Shown piece after piece: positions 1-11,282 of a DNA stretch of 64,000 bases; the stretch's first letter is position 1, and every line of letters starts with the position of its first letter. The translations under genes and the position numbers were made by a program. The stretch is from Phoronis australis (lineage: Eukaryota > Animalia > Phoronida): NCBI GenBank assembly GCA_002633005.1, contig NMRA01000107.1, positions 601,169-665,168 of the forward strand, read 5' to 3'. The notes below the pieces were generated by a model. The model did not search any database. It was not told where the DNA came from and saw only the letters and a list, made by a program, of their open reading frames with translations.

Positions 1-1954
1 ATCACCCAGGACAGGGCAGTGGCACGTCACCCAGGACAGGGCAGTGGCACATAAAATGAAGCTCATGTTCAATCTGACCAGTGCTATATATCCTATGGAT
101 TCTTTCACGCTCAGTTTTGTATTATGCATAGTTCCTTCTAATCTCTCCATCAAAGGCAGTTGTGCATACCTTTCTACCTGTAACTATTTTGTTTTGGGTG
201 ATAATCAAAACTTTAAAAACTTTAGAACATCAAAACATTGCCTTGCTTTTTGGAAAAAGAGCCCTAGAATGTATAATTTGTCAAGATACATTTCAAGCAG
301 TTGAGTTATACAAGATATGGTAATTTCCCACAAAAAAATAATTGCCAAAATTTTAAATTTTCTAAAGGTCCATCAGTTTGTTACAAACTATGAAAACTAC
401 CAAATGGCATCTTCACAGTACAAATCTGCTTGTAATTGCTAATTTTTTGTTAATCTTTATTTTTGGGGGAAATTTAACAAACTCCAATTTTACTGCTGCT
501 TAAATAAATGAAGTGCCGTTAAGTAAAATTGGGAAAAACATCTGGCGTGGTGTTCGTTTTAGCAAATTTATCCCTAGTCATTTGGAAAACAGAAGTGGTG
601 GCATTCAATCCAAGTTTAACGATTGTTTCCAGTTTAAGTAAATGTAGCCCGAGAACTGAATATTGTAATGCTCTTCTGTTTCTATTATATATCTTTGTAA
701 CAGAGTAGTATGGTAGTGCAGCCCTGTGTCTTGCTTTTATATAAGTGTTGTGGTTGTCCACCGGTGTCGCCTCGATGGATAGATATCAGATATATGGAAC
801 TGAACTATTGAAAATGTAGAAGAGAGGAAAATGAGAGATTCAGTAGACTAGAAATATGTACGCATTTATTATCATAGCGGTGAAATACAAAACAACGATG
901 ACGATTGCGATTAACAATCGGCGATAGTTTACATGAAAGGAATCGTACGTTTACACGCTCATCGGTCGAGATTGGGCAACTCGGCCGGATTGCGTACCTC
1001 GAAATCTGCCGTATTGGTCAAATACATGACCATGACGTAGTTAGTTATATCGCCTCGGGTTCTTAGTGTTATCGTTCTCTAGATAATCAGACCCGTCATA
1101 AACACACTGGGAGCGACTATTCTAATATACTATTTAACAATTTTCAACATTTTCGTTTTTAAAGTTTTTAAACAGCATATTTGAATAGTTCGTGAAAAGT
1201 ACACGTGAATGATTTTTGAATTTTGAAAATTGGACAAGAAATGTGACTTTTACATCATAAAACGTTTGTATAATGTTGCCATATTATGCTCCTCAATAAT
1301 TCTGCTGTTTGTGCAGCATAATTGTACCAATTACCAAAGCATCAGACAGCAGTTCGATTTTGAGGTTAGCCAAGTGTCATCGGCCTAAGGTGCCCCAGAG
1401 AACCCGTCAGTTCTACAAATGCGTGATCTTTTATAGATCAGGGGAATGTGGCTGAACTTAGACGAGTCCAAAATATGGACGACACAAAAAAAACACCCGA
1501 GAGAGGGAGTTAGCGCTCGTCACACCATATCTACATTAGTATTTCTTGTCTTCTCTACAATTATTTACATGATTACATTTTGGCTGTAAAACATGCGATC
1601 AATGCACACGGCATGATCTTTAAGAGCGGGTATCGTGGACTAAACTCGTTTTCATGTCGTCTGTGTGAAGTTTATCCCATCAAAAAGGTGCACCTTGGTC
1701 GGCAACGCCATTCTAAATAAGAGCGAAACTGAAAAAACTCATGGCTCCGTGATAGTATTTTTACTTATCAGTTGCGACTTTTGCGTTACTTCTGTGTTTT
1801 ATAAGCATGGTCCGTTGCTTTTTATGACATTTGATCGTCCAAATTCCAATCCTTTGACTGATTTCATATTTTCTCTTGGTCAAGAAAAGGACTGTCTCCA
1901 ATTAAGAACAAGCTGCCCGACGTGGTGGCTTTAACTTTACTCCATGTCTTTTTT

Positions 1955-2628
1955 CTACTCAAATATTCGGCTTACGGTCCCAGTGCCTTCAACATTACAT
2001 ACTTCACAAGAATAGCATTTTGGTTTGCCTCCGTAGGATGAATGGCCTTTTCCAAATGTTTGTATGATTCGGAGCTCGCAACCGCCGTCTGTCATTGCAC
2101 TATGTAAGTCAACATCTTCTGTGTAGAATACCTCGATCCACAACTCAGTGGTGGTCATAATTTTTCCCGTTGTTGTATCACACCATAAAAATGGATTATT
2201 TATGACGTCAAGTTGTAAAGTCAACCTTTTACAAAAGTCGTCTGCTTCGCTGCCCTTTTTCGCCATCACAAGAGTTACGTAATGGGGTCCTCTGCGACTG
2301 GTGCAAAAAAAATCGGCAAAATACAAGTTGCATGACTTTTCAAAGAGGTATTTGGAATGAATGGCTATCATACATTCTCCAAACGGTGACTTGTCGGGCA
2401 ACTGTGGACCGTGAATATTGTTGGCACAAAAGTATACACCCTCTAGCTTGCCGTTTATGGGACAGCGTGGGTCGCCTCCATTGTCCTTCATTCGGACAGG
2501 TAGTTTGGACCTCTTAAGTGCGTCAAGAATGTAAGAAACCGGTTTTGCCCTATGAAAATACTTAGATTCGCAGTCACGTCCAACTTTCCTCTTTGCCTTC
2601 AGAAGCAACTCTTCCAAGTGCGTCTTTT
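1955..2628 (-). CDS. PHYHIPL: PHYHIP/PHYHIPL-like C-terminal domain protein, copy 1, exon 2 (terminal)
   Basis: Motifs KDNGG..CPINGKLEGVYF, SPFG, NLYFADFFC..HYVTLVM, LD..NNPFL, EVFYTE and C-terminal CxxCNV match the PHYHIP C-domain as I recall it. Acceptor ttgttacag at 2629-2630, phase 1; stop at 1955-1957. The symbol denotes the family, not proven orthology. Confidence 0.88.
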
Positions 2629-3066
2629 CTGTAACAAAACCCGGTTACTTGGATTATCTGATGGTTCGCAACGGCATAACAAAGGTGAGAACCAAGTTTA
2701 AGACATGTTAAGGCAAGAAACAGCTAAAATTTTTGTCAAACTAGTAACGTGGTGAAATTTCATGCTGCTCAGTGAAACGTAATATAACGTAACATTAGGG
2801 CATGTATTTTAATAAAAAATGTAATCCTGTTTTTTTCGACCTGGTTCAAAATTCGTAGGTTATTTGGTGAACTTTGTAGTTTTGACATCATGAGCCACTG
2901 CAGACAACAGGCCCTTTCATGCTGAAAATTCCGGAATTAGAGAAATCACGTTCACACGAGTCTTAAAATGTCCCCAAAAGCATCGGCTCCCATTGACCAA
3001 ATTAAAAAGCTATTGCATCTGCACTGCATAAGGAATACGGCAGTTAATGTTATTCTGGAATATGTA

Positions 3067-3155
3067 GACGCTGAGGTTGGCCAGTAATGAAATATATCAA
3101 ATAAACACAGAAAAATCAGGAACCCCAACTGGGAATCGAACCACAGGTCTCTAGA
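3067..3155 (-). mobile_element. tRNA-derived SINE fragment (B box and body)
   Basis: GGTTCGATTCCC B box on minus; body GACGCTGA.GTTGGCCA...AAACACAGAAAAATC shared with 30634-30720. Confidence 0.55.
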
Positions 3156-3921
3156 GACCTGTGGATATTTTTCTGGAATGCCTGGGACATTTGTTGGTTA
3201 TATTTTAGGCTCTCGTCTTCAAATGTGTTCAAACAATTATTGTTAACGTAAGGCGAAAATCAATTTAGAACATGGGAACGTTTTATCCCAAAATTTTCAA
3301 AATCAAAATGATTAGAGAGGGATAACACTGTTCTCAAACCTTCTACAACTTAAAAGATGCCCGATCCGTGTGCCACGTATCAAATATGTGATCTTATTCA
3401 ACAACGAAGAGATGGAATCCAATCATTTACTTTGGGGTGTTTTTGAAGATGCTTGTGTGCGTGAAAGAAAAAAGACTGAATAATGTTCAGCTTCGAAGCG
3501 TAAGAACGCATAATTTTAGGCCACTTAGACATAGTTCACGTGGTGAGCAACGCGTTTTTAAAGCGCACTGTTAGACCACGGCAGCTGTCGCAACAATATG
3601 AATTATCACAATCCTCGAATTGCAAAAATTTGTGCAGACTTTCAAATCGCAGAACTGGTATTTTGCGCCCTTTCATAAAGATTTTCCGACCGACCCCTTA
3701 AAAATGTTTCCCGCCCCTTTCTTAGATTTCCAGCCCTTTTTAAAGATTTTCCAGCCCTTTCTTATAAGTTTTCTCCCCCTTTTCTTAGATTTTCCAGCCC
3801 AAAGTGATCAGGTCAATACGGTAAAAAAGGATAGAGCGCCACAGTCCAAAAATGGCTGTGACCAAAAATCCGTTGAAAAGACTCGCACGAATGGGCCTTA
3901 CGCAAATACTTAAGTACTCAC

Positions 3922-4042
3922 GCGACATTTTAAGACCATTCAAGCCTTCTGTCCTTGTAGTGTTTTCTTCCCCAACTCGTGGATCTGAAGGTTGAAGAAG
4001 AAAACATTCATATTCTGGTAAACAAGGACATTTTCCATCCAT
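3922..4042 (-). CDS. PHYHIPL: PHYHIP-like copy 1, probable exon 1 (MDGKCPCLPE...GLKMS)
   Basis: ATG at 4042 with an in-frame TGA just upstream. 121 nt to donor C|GTGAGTAC (phase 1), which joins the 2628 acceptor in frame (...KMS-Q-KTHLEELL) for a 264-aa protein. Confidence 0.6.
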
Positions 4043-4506
4043 TCATAAGAAATGCAACATGTTTGGATATGCACCTCGTCGTTATCAGAACGCTATGGAC
4101 ACTGCACTGCTATAAGTAACAAAAATACAAACTTATAAAATTGGATTTAGAGTTTCTCTAAACCTGGGAATATTAGTTTTACGTCTTAAGTTCACGTTAA
4201 ACGTGGTTAAAGACTTTGTATAAAAAGCGTAAAAACAACGTTTAGGCAAGAATACTTGGAAATTCGTTCAACGCACAGAATACTATGCTTACGGCACAAT
4301 GACGTTTCAAATTTGACGTTTGATTCAATCGTCAATAGAATCATCGCTGTGGCAAACGAAAATTTTTTCGTACACTATGTTTAGCACTGAGTCATGCCTC
4401 ACCTGGTGATATTGTAAACTGGCTACTATTTGCAGATGGTTCCAGTGCTCGAGCTGAACAACATTCTCTGATTCACTACTCAAGAAAAAAATTCCTCGAG
4501 AAATTT

Positions 4507-5289
4507 GGGATTTTCCGATTTCCGTCGCCAGTCGGTCGATGACCTGGCCGCCGCACATTAGTTTTTAGATAAAGGGATCAATGGATGTGACAATCTTTAG
4601 TTGTCTGATTGGTTTCTTCTTTCTTGTTCTCTAACGATGTCGCTTTACTGTCCGAAGAATGGCAGTTTTGGACATCAAACCTTGAAGCACAAATTATAAT
4701 ATACAGGATTTTCCCCTGTCAGATTACACGTATTTTTTCGGAAGAATACAGGATTTTCCCAGTCAGATCACATGTATATTTTCTAAGAAAAGCACAGGAT
4801 TTTCCCTAGTCATAAGAATGTGCATAAACTTGAACCTAAACTGGCAATGCGCACCAGCTCTAAGGCAGGTACTTTGTCGGCAAAAATTATGTACTTCAGT
4901 TCAAACACAGTCGGGTACATACTTCGGGTTTCTGTCGTTCGGTTACAAGTTAGTCGGCAGAAACGAGGAGGTCGTTGCACGGTCATGCAGTTTGTTCCTG
5001 ATTGTGACTTTCATGTCTATATTTTACCGCACTAGGAAAAATCCGTTATTCTTGTATTCGTTATACATGTTTTTTTTAACAAATCATAATGTAGGATCAT
5101 TTATTCCGTCCACGAATAAAAATGTCATTGCAGGTCAAACGCAAATCTAATACTACCTTGGATTCTTATGCCAGGAAGGTTGATTGGCAAGACGTTACCG
5201 ATCTTAATCAGTTTTAGACGTTGCGTATTTTAATTCCCGGTGGATGAATTTTTGTTGCCACTTATCGCTTATGACCACTGGATTTTCCC
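4507..5289. promoter_or_regulatory. Cluster of NF-kB/Rel-like sites upstream of PHYHIP-like copy 1
   Basis: GGGATTTTCC 4507-4516; GGATTTTCCC at 4706, 4751, 4797 and 5280. Confidence 0.35.
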
Positions 5290-7028
5290 CTGTTATCAAA
5301 TTCAGTCAAAGCACATTGTACCTCTTTGTGCAGTGTAGCGGTTGCGAAGGTTGAATGACAAACATACAAATTGACGTTCGGTTTTTAAATATCTTATTAA
5401 TGAGTAGGTGCCTGAGCTTATTTACATAGACGCACTTCTATTCCATAATATTATTTTATTACTATATGTACTCGATCAATGTTTTTCTTGCTTAAAAGTG
5501 TATTGAACGATACTTCGGTGCGTCAAAATTGGCCAAATTTTAAGTGAGACTGATATAAGAATGAGGCGATTTACTAGGTCAATATTCTGACCATAACATA
5601 ACTTTAGAAAACAAGAAATGTTTACTTATCTTATTTCGCAACTCGATTTTTGTAACACGTTGCAAAAACATTTCAAAACAATACACTCCGCCATTGTGTG
5701 AAACGAGGTGTCTCAAGGTAATGTTCGTATTTCCGCAGCGACGCTTAATATAACTGTTAACTTCAGATAGGCTGGTAATCCTTTTAGGCTTATAGTACAT
5801 GTGTGATTGTAACTGTCGACCTAGTAAAAGAAAATGTTTGTTTCTTTCTCCATAGGATCAGATTGTGTGTCTGCTGTGTGTTATGTAACACATATTCTAA
5901 TGTTTCCACATGTCTGCAAAAGCTCCGAAAAGAACATCCATTTATGTCCATAAGGTAACCTGGCGTGCGTTTAGTAACGCTATTACCCTAGCTAAAATCT
6001 AGTCAGTCACGTGCTCTCGTTAAAAATACACGGCAATGTCTCACGCCATCTTGCGAAGTTTGGCTTTTTAGCGAGGTTCTAGCGTTACTGAACGGAAGAC
6101 TGGGCTTGTGGTGGTTTGGCGTACCGTACGTATATAATAAATGAAAGTAGATCAATTTTGTTCATCTAGTGGAAAGTTGCGAATATTTTGGAGAAAAGAA
6201 ATCCAAGTTTTTATTAAAAATATTTCAGATGGGGCAAGACAAGATTGTTAAACCCAATGTACGTAAATAATATCTCGTAGCTGGACGTGACTATGGCTTC
6301 GATCAAACTATAGAGATATCCCGAGTATTTTAACTTCATAATTTTTTTTAACTTGCAATTTATCAATAACTCATTTGCCACACACTCGTATGTCGCGAAT
6401 GTGATCGGGAGACACATTTTGTTTTGTAGCGCAGGACTTTGCCGATGCAGCATTTTAAAATGCTTAAAGCCAGCAACAGATAAATGGACACAGATTTGAT
6501 TTAATATCAGTTTATTACCCAGTTCAGCAATGAGCACAGCGTGTAAGGTGACTACGCCGTGCACAACGAGGACAAGATGTATATTCAAGAGGAAACGAAC
6601 GTGATACAAATTAACATGGAAAGACTGCTGTCTTTGCTGCTTTGAATGATTCTAATTTTACTAAAAAATAAATATCATCACGAATATAAAAAACATATTT
6701 ACACAAAGCAGTTGAAACAACAGGGATACTAATAAACAGAACAGTGCTTAGGCATACAGGAACAATAATATATTTAATACCTATTGTTATCACAAATATA
6801 TATTTCTGTAACGTGAATGAACAGCTTTGGGAGTAATCGCGCGAAATAGACGAAAAGTTATTTACTACCGGTCAGGTTGACACTGAGTACCGTCTTGCAC
6901 GTTAGCACGGTACATACGTGCACTTTTCTCCCATCGCCGCCCTAAGTGGTACCATAGATTGTCAATTAATTTTATACCGACTTCATTGCGATCAGCGATT
7001 AATAGTCAATTACAAGACATATAGTTAG

Positions 7029-7277
7029 CAGTGGCAGATCTACGTTTTCAGTAAGGAGGGGGGGGGGGGGNGGGGGGGGGGGGGGGGTAGGATTCGAGCG
7101 AATCCGAAGCGCTTAGAGGAAGGAAGGTCGGGAGAAGGTTTCCCTCTTCCCGTGTAATTTTTTGTGGTTTTTAGTAGCTAATTTCGTTTTTCTGGCGATT
7201 TTTTTCCAAATTATTATTTTTGATCCTGTCCGGAGGGGGGTTTGAACCCCCTGAAGCCCCCCGTAGATCCGCCTCTG
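7029..7277. mobile_element. hAT-like MITE
   Basis: TIR CAGTGGCAGATCTACG / CGTAGATCCGCCTCTG (2 mismatches); 5-bp direct repeat GTTAG on both sides; internal G-run. Confidence 0.7.
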
Positions 7278-7530
7278 GTTAGCACCTCAAACTCATACAA
7301 GCAACACTGTAGTAATGAAAACAATTGATCTCTCACTCGTTGACAATACTTGTCATTCACACTAAGTACTCAGCACCAAATATCCAAAAACATTTCCTTT
7401 CAATCATGGCGAGTGCTCGCTAGTCACCCTGGCTTGGACACCCGCCTTGCTTAAATGTGTTCGGAGTTTCAAGAATCTGACTGAATCGGCGAACTTACAT
7501 GTAATACTGGGAAACAGATTGAGCCCATCT

Positions 7531-8180
7531 TTATGATAAGACGTTTTGAACGTTGCACTCGTGACAACTAGAACATTTTGGCCGACCTCCTGTGGACGAA
7601 TGTCCAGATCCAAATGTTGGTATTTGACGCAGGAACCCGCCGTTATTCAATGCATCTTGTTTGTCAACCGTGTCAGTGTAGAAGACTTCAACCCAGGCCC
7701 CAGTAGTGGACATAATAACACCCGACCCAGGAGTTAACCATAGAAATGGATTGTTGTAAATGTCAAGTTGCAAAATCGACCTCTTACAAAACCTATCTTC
7801 TTCGCTACGTTTTTTCGTCATCACGAGAGTGACGTAATGGCGTCCGCCAGGCCTGGTACAGAAAAAGTCAGCAAAATACAAGTTAACACGCGATTCTTTA
7901 AAAAAGTATTCCGAAGGTATGGCTATTTGCCAGTTTCCAAAAGGAGATTGGGATGGTAGTTCTGAACCTTTGATTGTGTTTGCATAGAAATACACGCCCT
8001 CCAATTTGTGATTGATTGGACAAAGGGGATCGCCTCCACCATCCTTCTCTATAACAGGCAAAATGTCGGTGTTGAAATACGATTGGGATTTCGCCCGATG
8101 GAAATATTTGGACAAGCATTTAATGTGGCCTTGGACCTTTGTCTTCGCCGCCTCCAACAGCGCTTCCAAACGAGATTGTT
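7531..8180 (-). CDS. PHYHIPL: PHYHIP/PHYHIPL-like C-terminal domain protein, copy 2, terminal exon (start unresolved)
   Basis: Open frame paralogous to copy 1 (roughly 60% identical by eye in the core). Acceptor ttttacag at 8181-8182, 11 nt before the same Leu codon and in the same phase as copy 1. Confidence 0.85.
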
Positions 8181-9146
8181 CTGTAAAATAAAACAGTCAC
8201 GACATATTTTCAAATGAGAAATAGCGTTAGGAAATTGCGTCGATAATTACTCCTGCAAACTGCCTGTTCATTGATGAGACCGCGATTAAAAGAAAAAAAA
8301 AACACGGAGTAAATACTTCAATGCCTAGCTGCAAAACGTTTTTGTTACACGCGAATGCTTATTTTGTTCGTTGTTATTCTAAACATTATATTGTGAATAG
8401 TTTATTGACATGGTCCTTGACCGGTGCACGGTAAATTCGTAGTCTTAAGTAGCAAGAACCATTGCGAATCAATTAGTGGTCGCTCGCCAGATTTCTTAGA
8501 CTATATGTTTTTAGCGGGATGTGCCGCCGGTGCTGAATTTCCAATTTGCGTAAACGCACTCTTTACTCACCAGACATTTCTGACACGTGACCAGTCTTAT
8601 CTTGTCTAAGCCGATATGTTCTGGTGCAAGTTGACCTGAAGAGAAACATCACGCTGGTTGAAACAAAAGTTGTTTAGGTACAAATTTTTAGTAAATAGTG
8701 ACAACAATTCTACAAAAATGTTTGTCGCATTAGTATGCGGTTTTCTCACATACGATTCAAACTTTTGACTTTTCTATTTACCTTAGTTCACAATGTATGT
8801 CGAAACAATGAAAATATTCACTTACCAGTGCCTGTAAGAACAGATGCGTGGAGTCACTCCTGATTTGTAGAGTCGTTTTTGTCTTGCGTTGGGTCTGCGT
8901 AGTATTTTACTAATATGTATTTTAGTACTACGCAATAGTTTTCGAAGAAATCTGACGCCAGGGTTTTTCCGTATGAGCTATGTATAGAGCCTTTGATACA
9001 AAAGGGAGAAATCTATACTCTCTCTTGACTCTTCTATATCATCGAAACATACTTAAACGGGTAATTACGATTGCTGTTGTCGTTGAAAACAAAAATCGTT
9101 GTTATTATTGTTATTAACATGTACACATACATGTACACATGCATAT

Positions 9147-9193
9147 TGTGTGTGTGTGCGCGTGTGTGTGCGCGTGCGCGCGCGCGTGCGTGT
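9147..9193. repeat. (TG)n/(CG)n alternating purine-pyrimidine microsatellite
   Basis: Direct inspection. Confidence 0.85.
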
Positions 9194-9455
9194 TTCTTAA
9201 ACTACACGTGTTTTAATATGGCTGATGTACTATAGCCATTCAAAGGAGGCTGCAATTCTCATTAAATTGCCATTCAGTGATTACCCGACTTGTCTCCATT
9301 GAGGTGCAGAAAACATCAGGTATCCCAATGGTGTTCAGCACTAGCGAAGAGGGAGATAACTATTGCAGAGGGCGAATTGAATAGGCTATTGGCCGAGGTT
9401 TCTGCGACGAGTAAAATGTTTACTTGGCGCAGCGGTAACTGACACACCCATATTA

Positions 9456-11282
9456 CAAGAGCAAATGCACAAGTGCGCTCACGACTGCAACACAAACGTT
9501 GTGCTTCTACGTGTGTTTCATCAGTATCATAAAATGATCATTAGACGGGGCAGAATATCTCGAATACGTCCAAAAATGGGAAGGTGTCGTCGGTCTCCCG
9601 AATAGAAAGCTACTTAGTAAATTTTATGAAAATCGGTCGCGGATTACAGAGGCAAACGTGAACAAATTCACATTGCCATATATACTAGGCGAAGCGGTGG
9701 TCCAACCCGTCCATCTGTTGTTTGCCATAAGCAATACACGTCCTAAAGTTCCAAAAGATCGTGCGAGGGGGTTTATGGGATATTGCTACAGGTGCAAAAA
9801 TGAGGACTCATCTGAAAATCCATGTCAGACATGTTCAATAAGATAACTCATTGGTCGAATTCATGTCGGTAAGAAACATCTTCCAATTTTCAAATGGATA
9901 CCCCGAGTCCTTTAGAGAATACAGAGGCAGACGACTCGAAAAATAATAAAAATGGCTACTATGTAGTGCAGAATAAGTCAAATCCATTCTATAATGAAAA
10001 ACTGTAATCGCCATCATAAAAGAAGTTGTGTACCAAATTTCATTAAAAGCTGCCAAAGAACTGTGAAGACACAGAGGCAAACACAAAAAAATAAAGTTGT
10101 CACGGGGAGGGGGTACTCCCAGGTCCAAAAGTCAAAGGCACTCGCAGTCACATTTGTAGGATGACACTTCAAGACCAAAATTTCACAAAGATGATTCAAA
10201 GGAGTATGGAGAAACAATCAATGAAGACAAAATCACCACCAGAGACACCACCGCAGCTGTCGCACCGTGAAAAAGCAATGCAATCTGATGTGTTCTTATC
10301 AGGAAACACTCTTGTCAAGTTTTTAAATAACCCTTTAAGCAGATTGGAGGATAAAAAGGAGGACGTTAAAAATGGAATCAAAAAATAAATATGTCCTGAA
10401 GGTGATACAAAAATACATCGAACCCAAACAAAAAGTAAAGACCATCGTCCCCCTTTAACAGAAACCTATTTGCTAAATTTCACAAAATCGTTCTATAAAC
10501 TCCAAGGATAGAAAGCCGCCTAAAAAAGCTAAAATTGATAATAGGGGACACAGCGGTAGTCGGATCGGTCAGAAACTCGCCATAATCCGTTGCCAGCTCC
10601 ATTGGAACACATCCGCCAAATTTCGCAGGTTAAGGAGACAGACACGTAGAGGCGAAAAACTCCTCTAGGGAGCGCCGAGGTAGTCAAACTCAATGAGTTA
10701 CATATATTAATAATTAGTTTACCTCACTGGTCGAACCCCGCGTCAGAAAATTAGCGCCAGTCCCGACTGTCTTATCAGTAACGCATCAGCCGATTATTAG
10801 AATGAAACTTTAAGAGGTTTGGTAAAGAGGCGGATGACAAGAACAGTCGAAACTTTTAAAAAATCCCCACTTGACGGTGAAGAATAGTCAAATGTGCTCG
10901 AAAATGAGAAGGCATTGTTGTCTTTTTAATGAAAACGCATTTGCCAAATTTCATGAAAATTCGTCAACAGAATGACTCCTGAAGAGGGAAAACGCAAAAA
11001 AGTGAAATTGCCACTAGGGGCACACCAGTCGCCGGATTGGTATGAAGCTTGTCATCAATTCGTTGCCAGCAGAAGCACATCTGTCAAAGTTCTTGGAAAG
11101 GGTTAAAAACTTGTTTTTCAACCGAAATGTCGAGTAGACAAATGGACAACAGGAAAATTGTTACAGTTGCAGTGACTTAAAAACTGATGATGGTTACTGG
11201 CCACTAAAGATACACCAGTCTGAAGGTGTGCATCACGTGATGACATTATTCTTTCGAACATCACTGAGTGGACGCCAAAAAA
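9456..11282 (-). mobile_element. Older HINE-like repeat of the same broad family
   Basis: Begins ACAAGAGC; recurring CCAAATTTCA(T/C), GCCACTAGGGG and GGAAGGTGTCGTC blocks shared with 26170-28080. Boundaries approximate. Confidence 0.45.
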
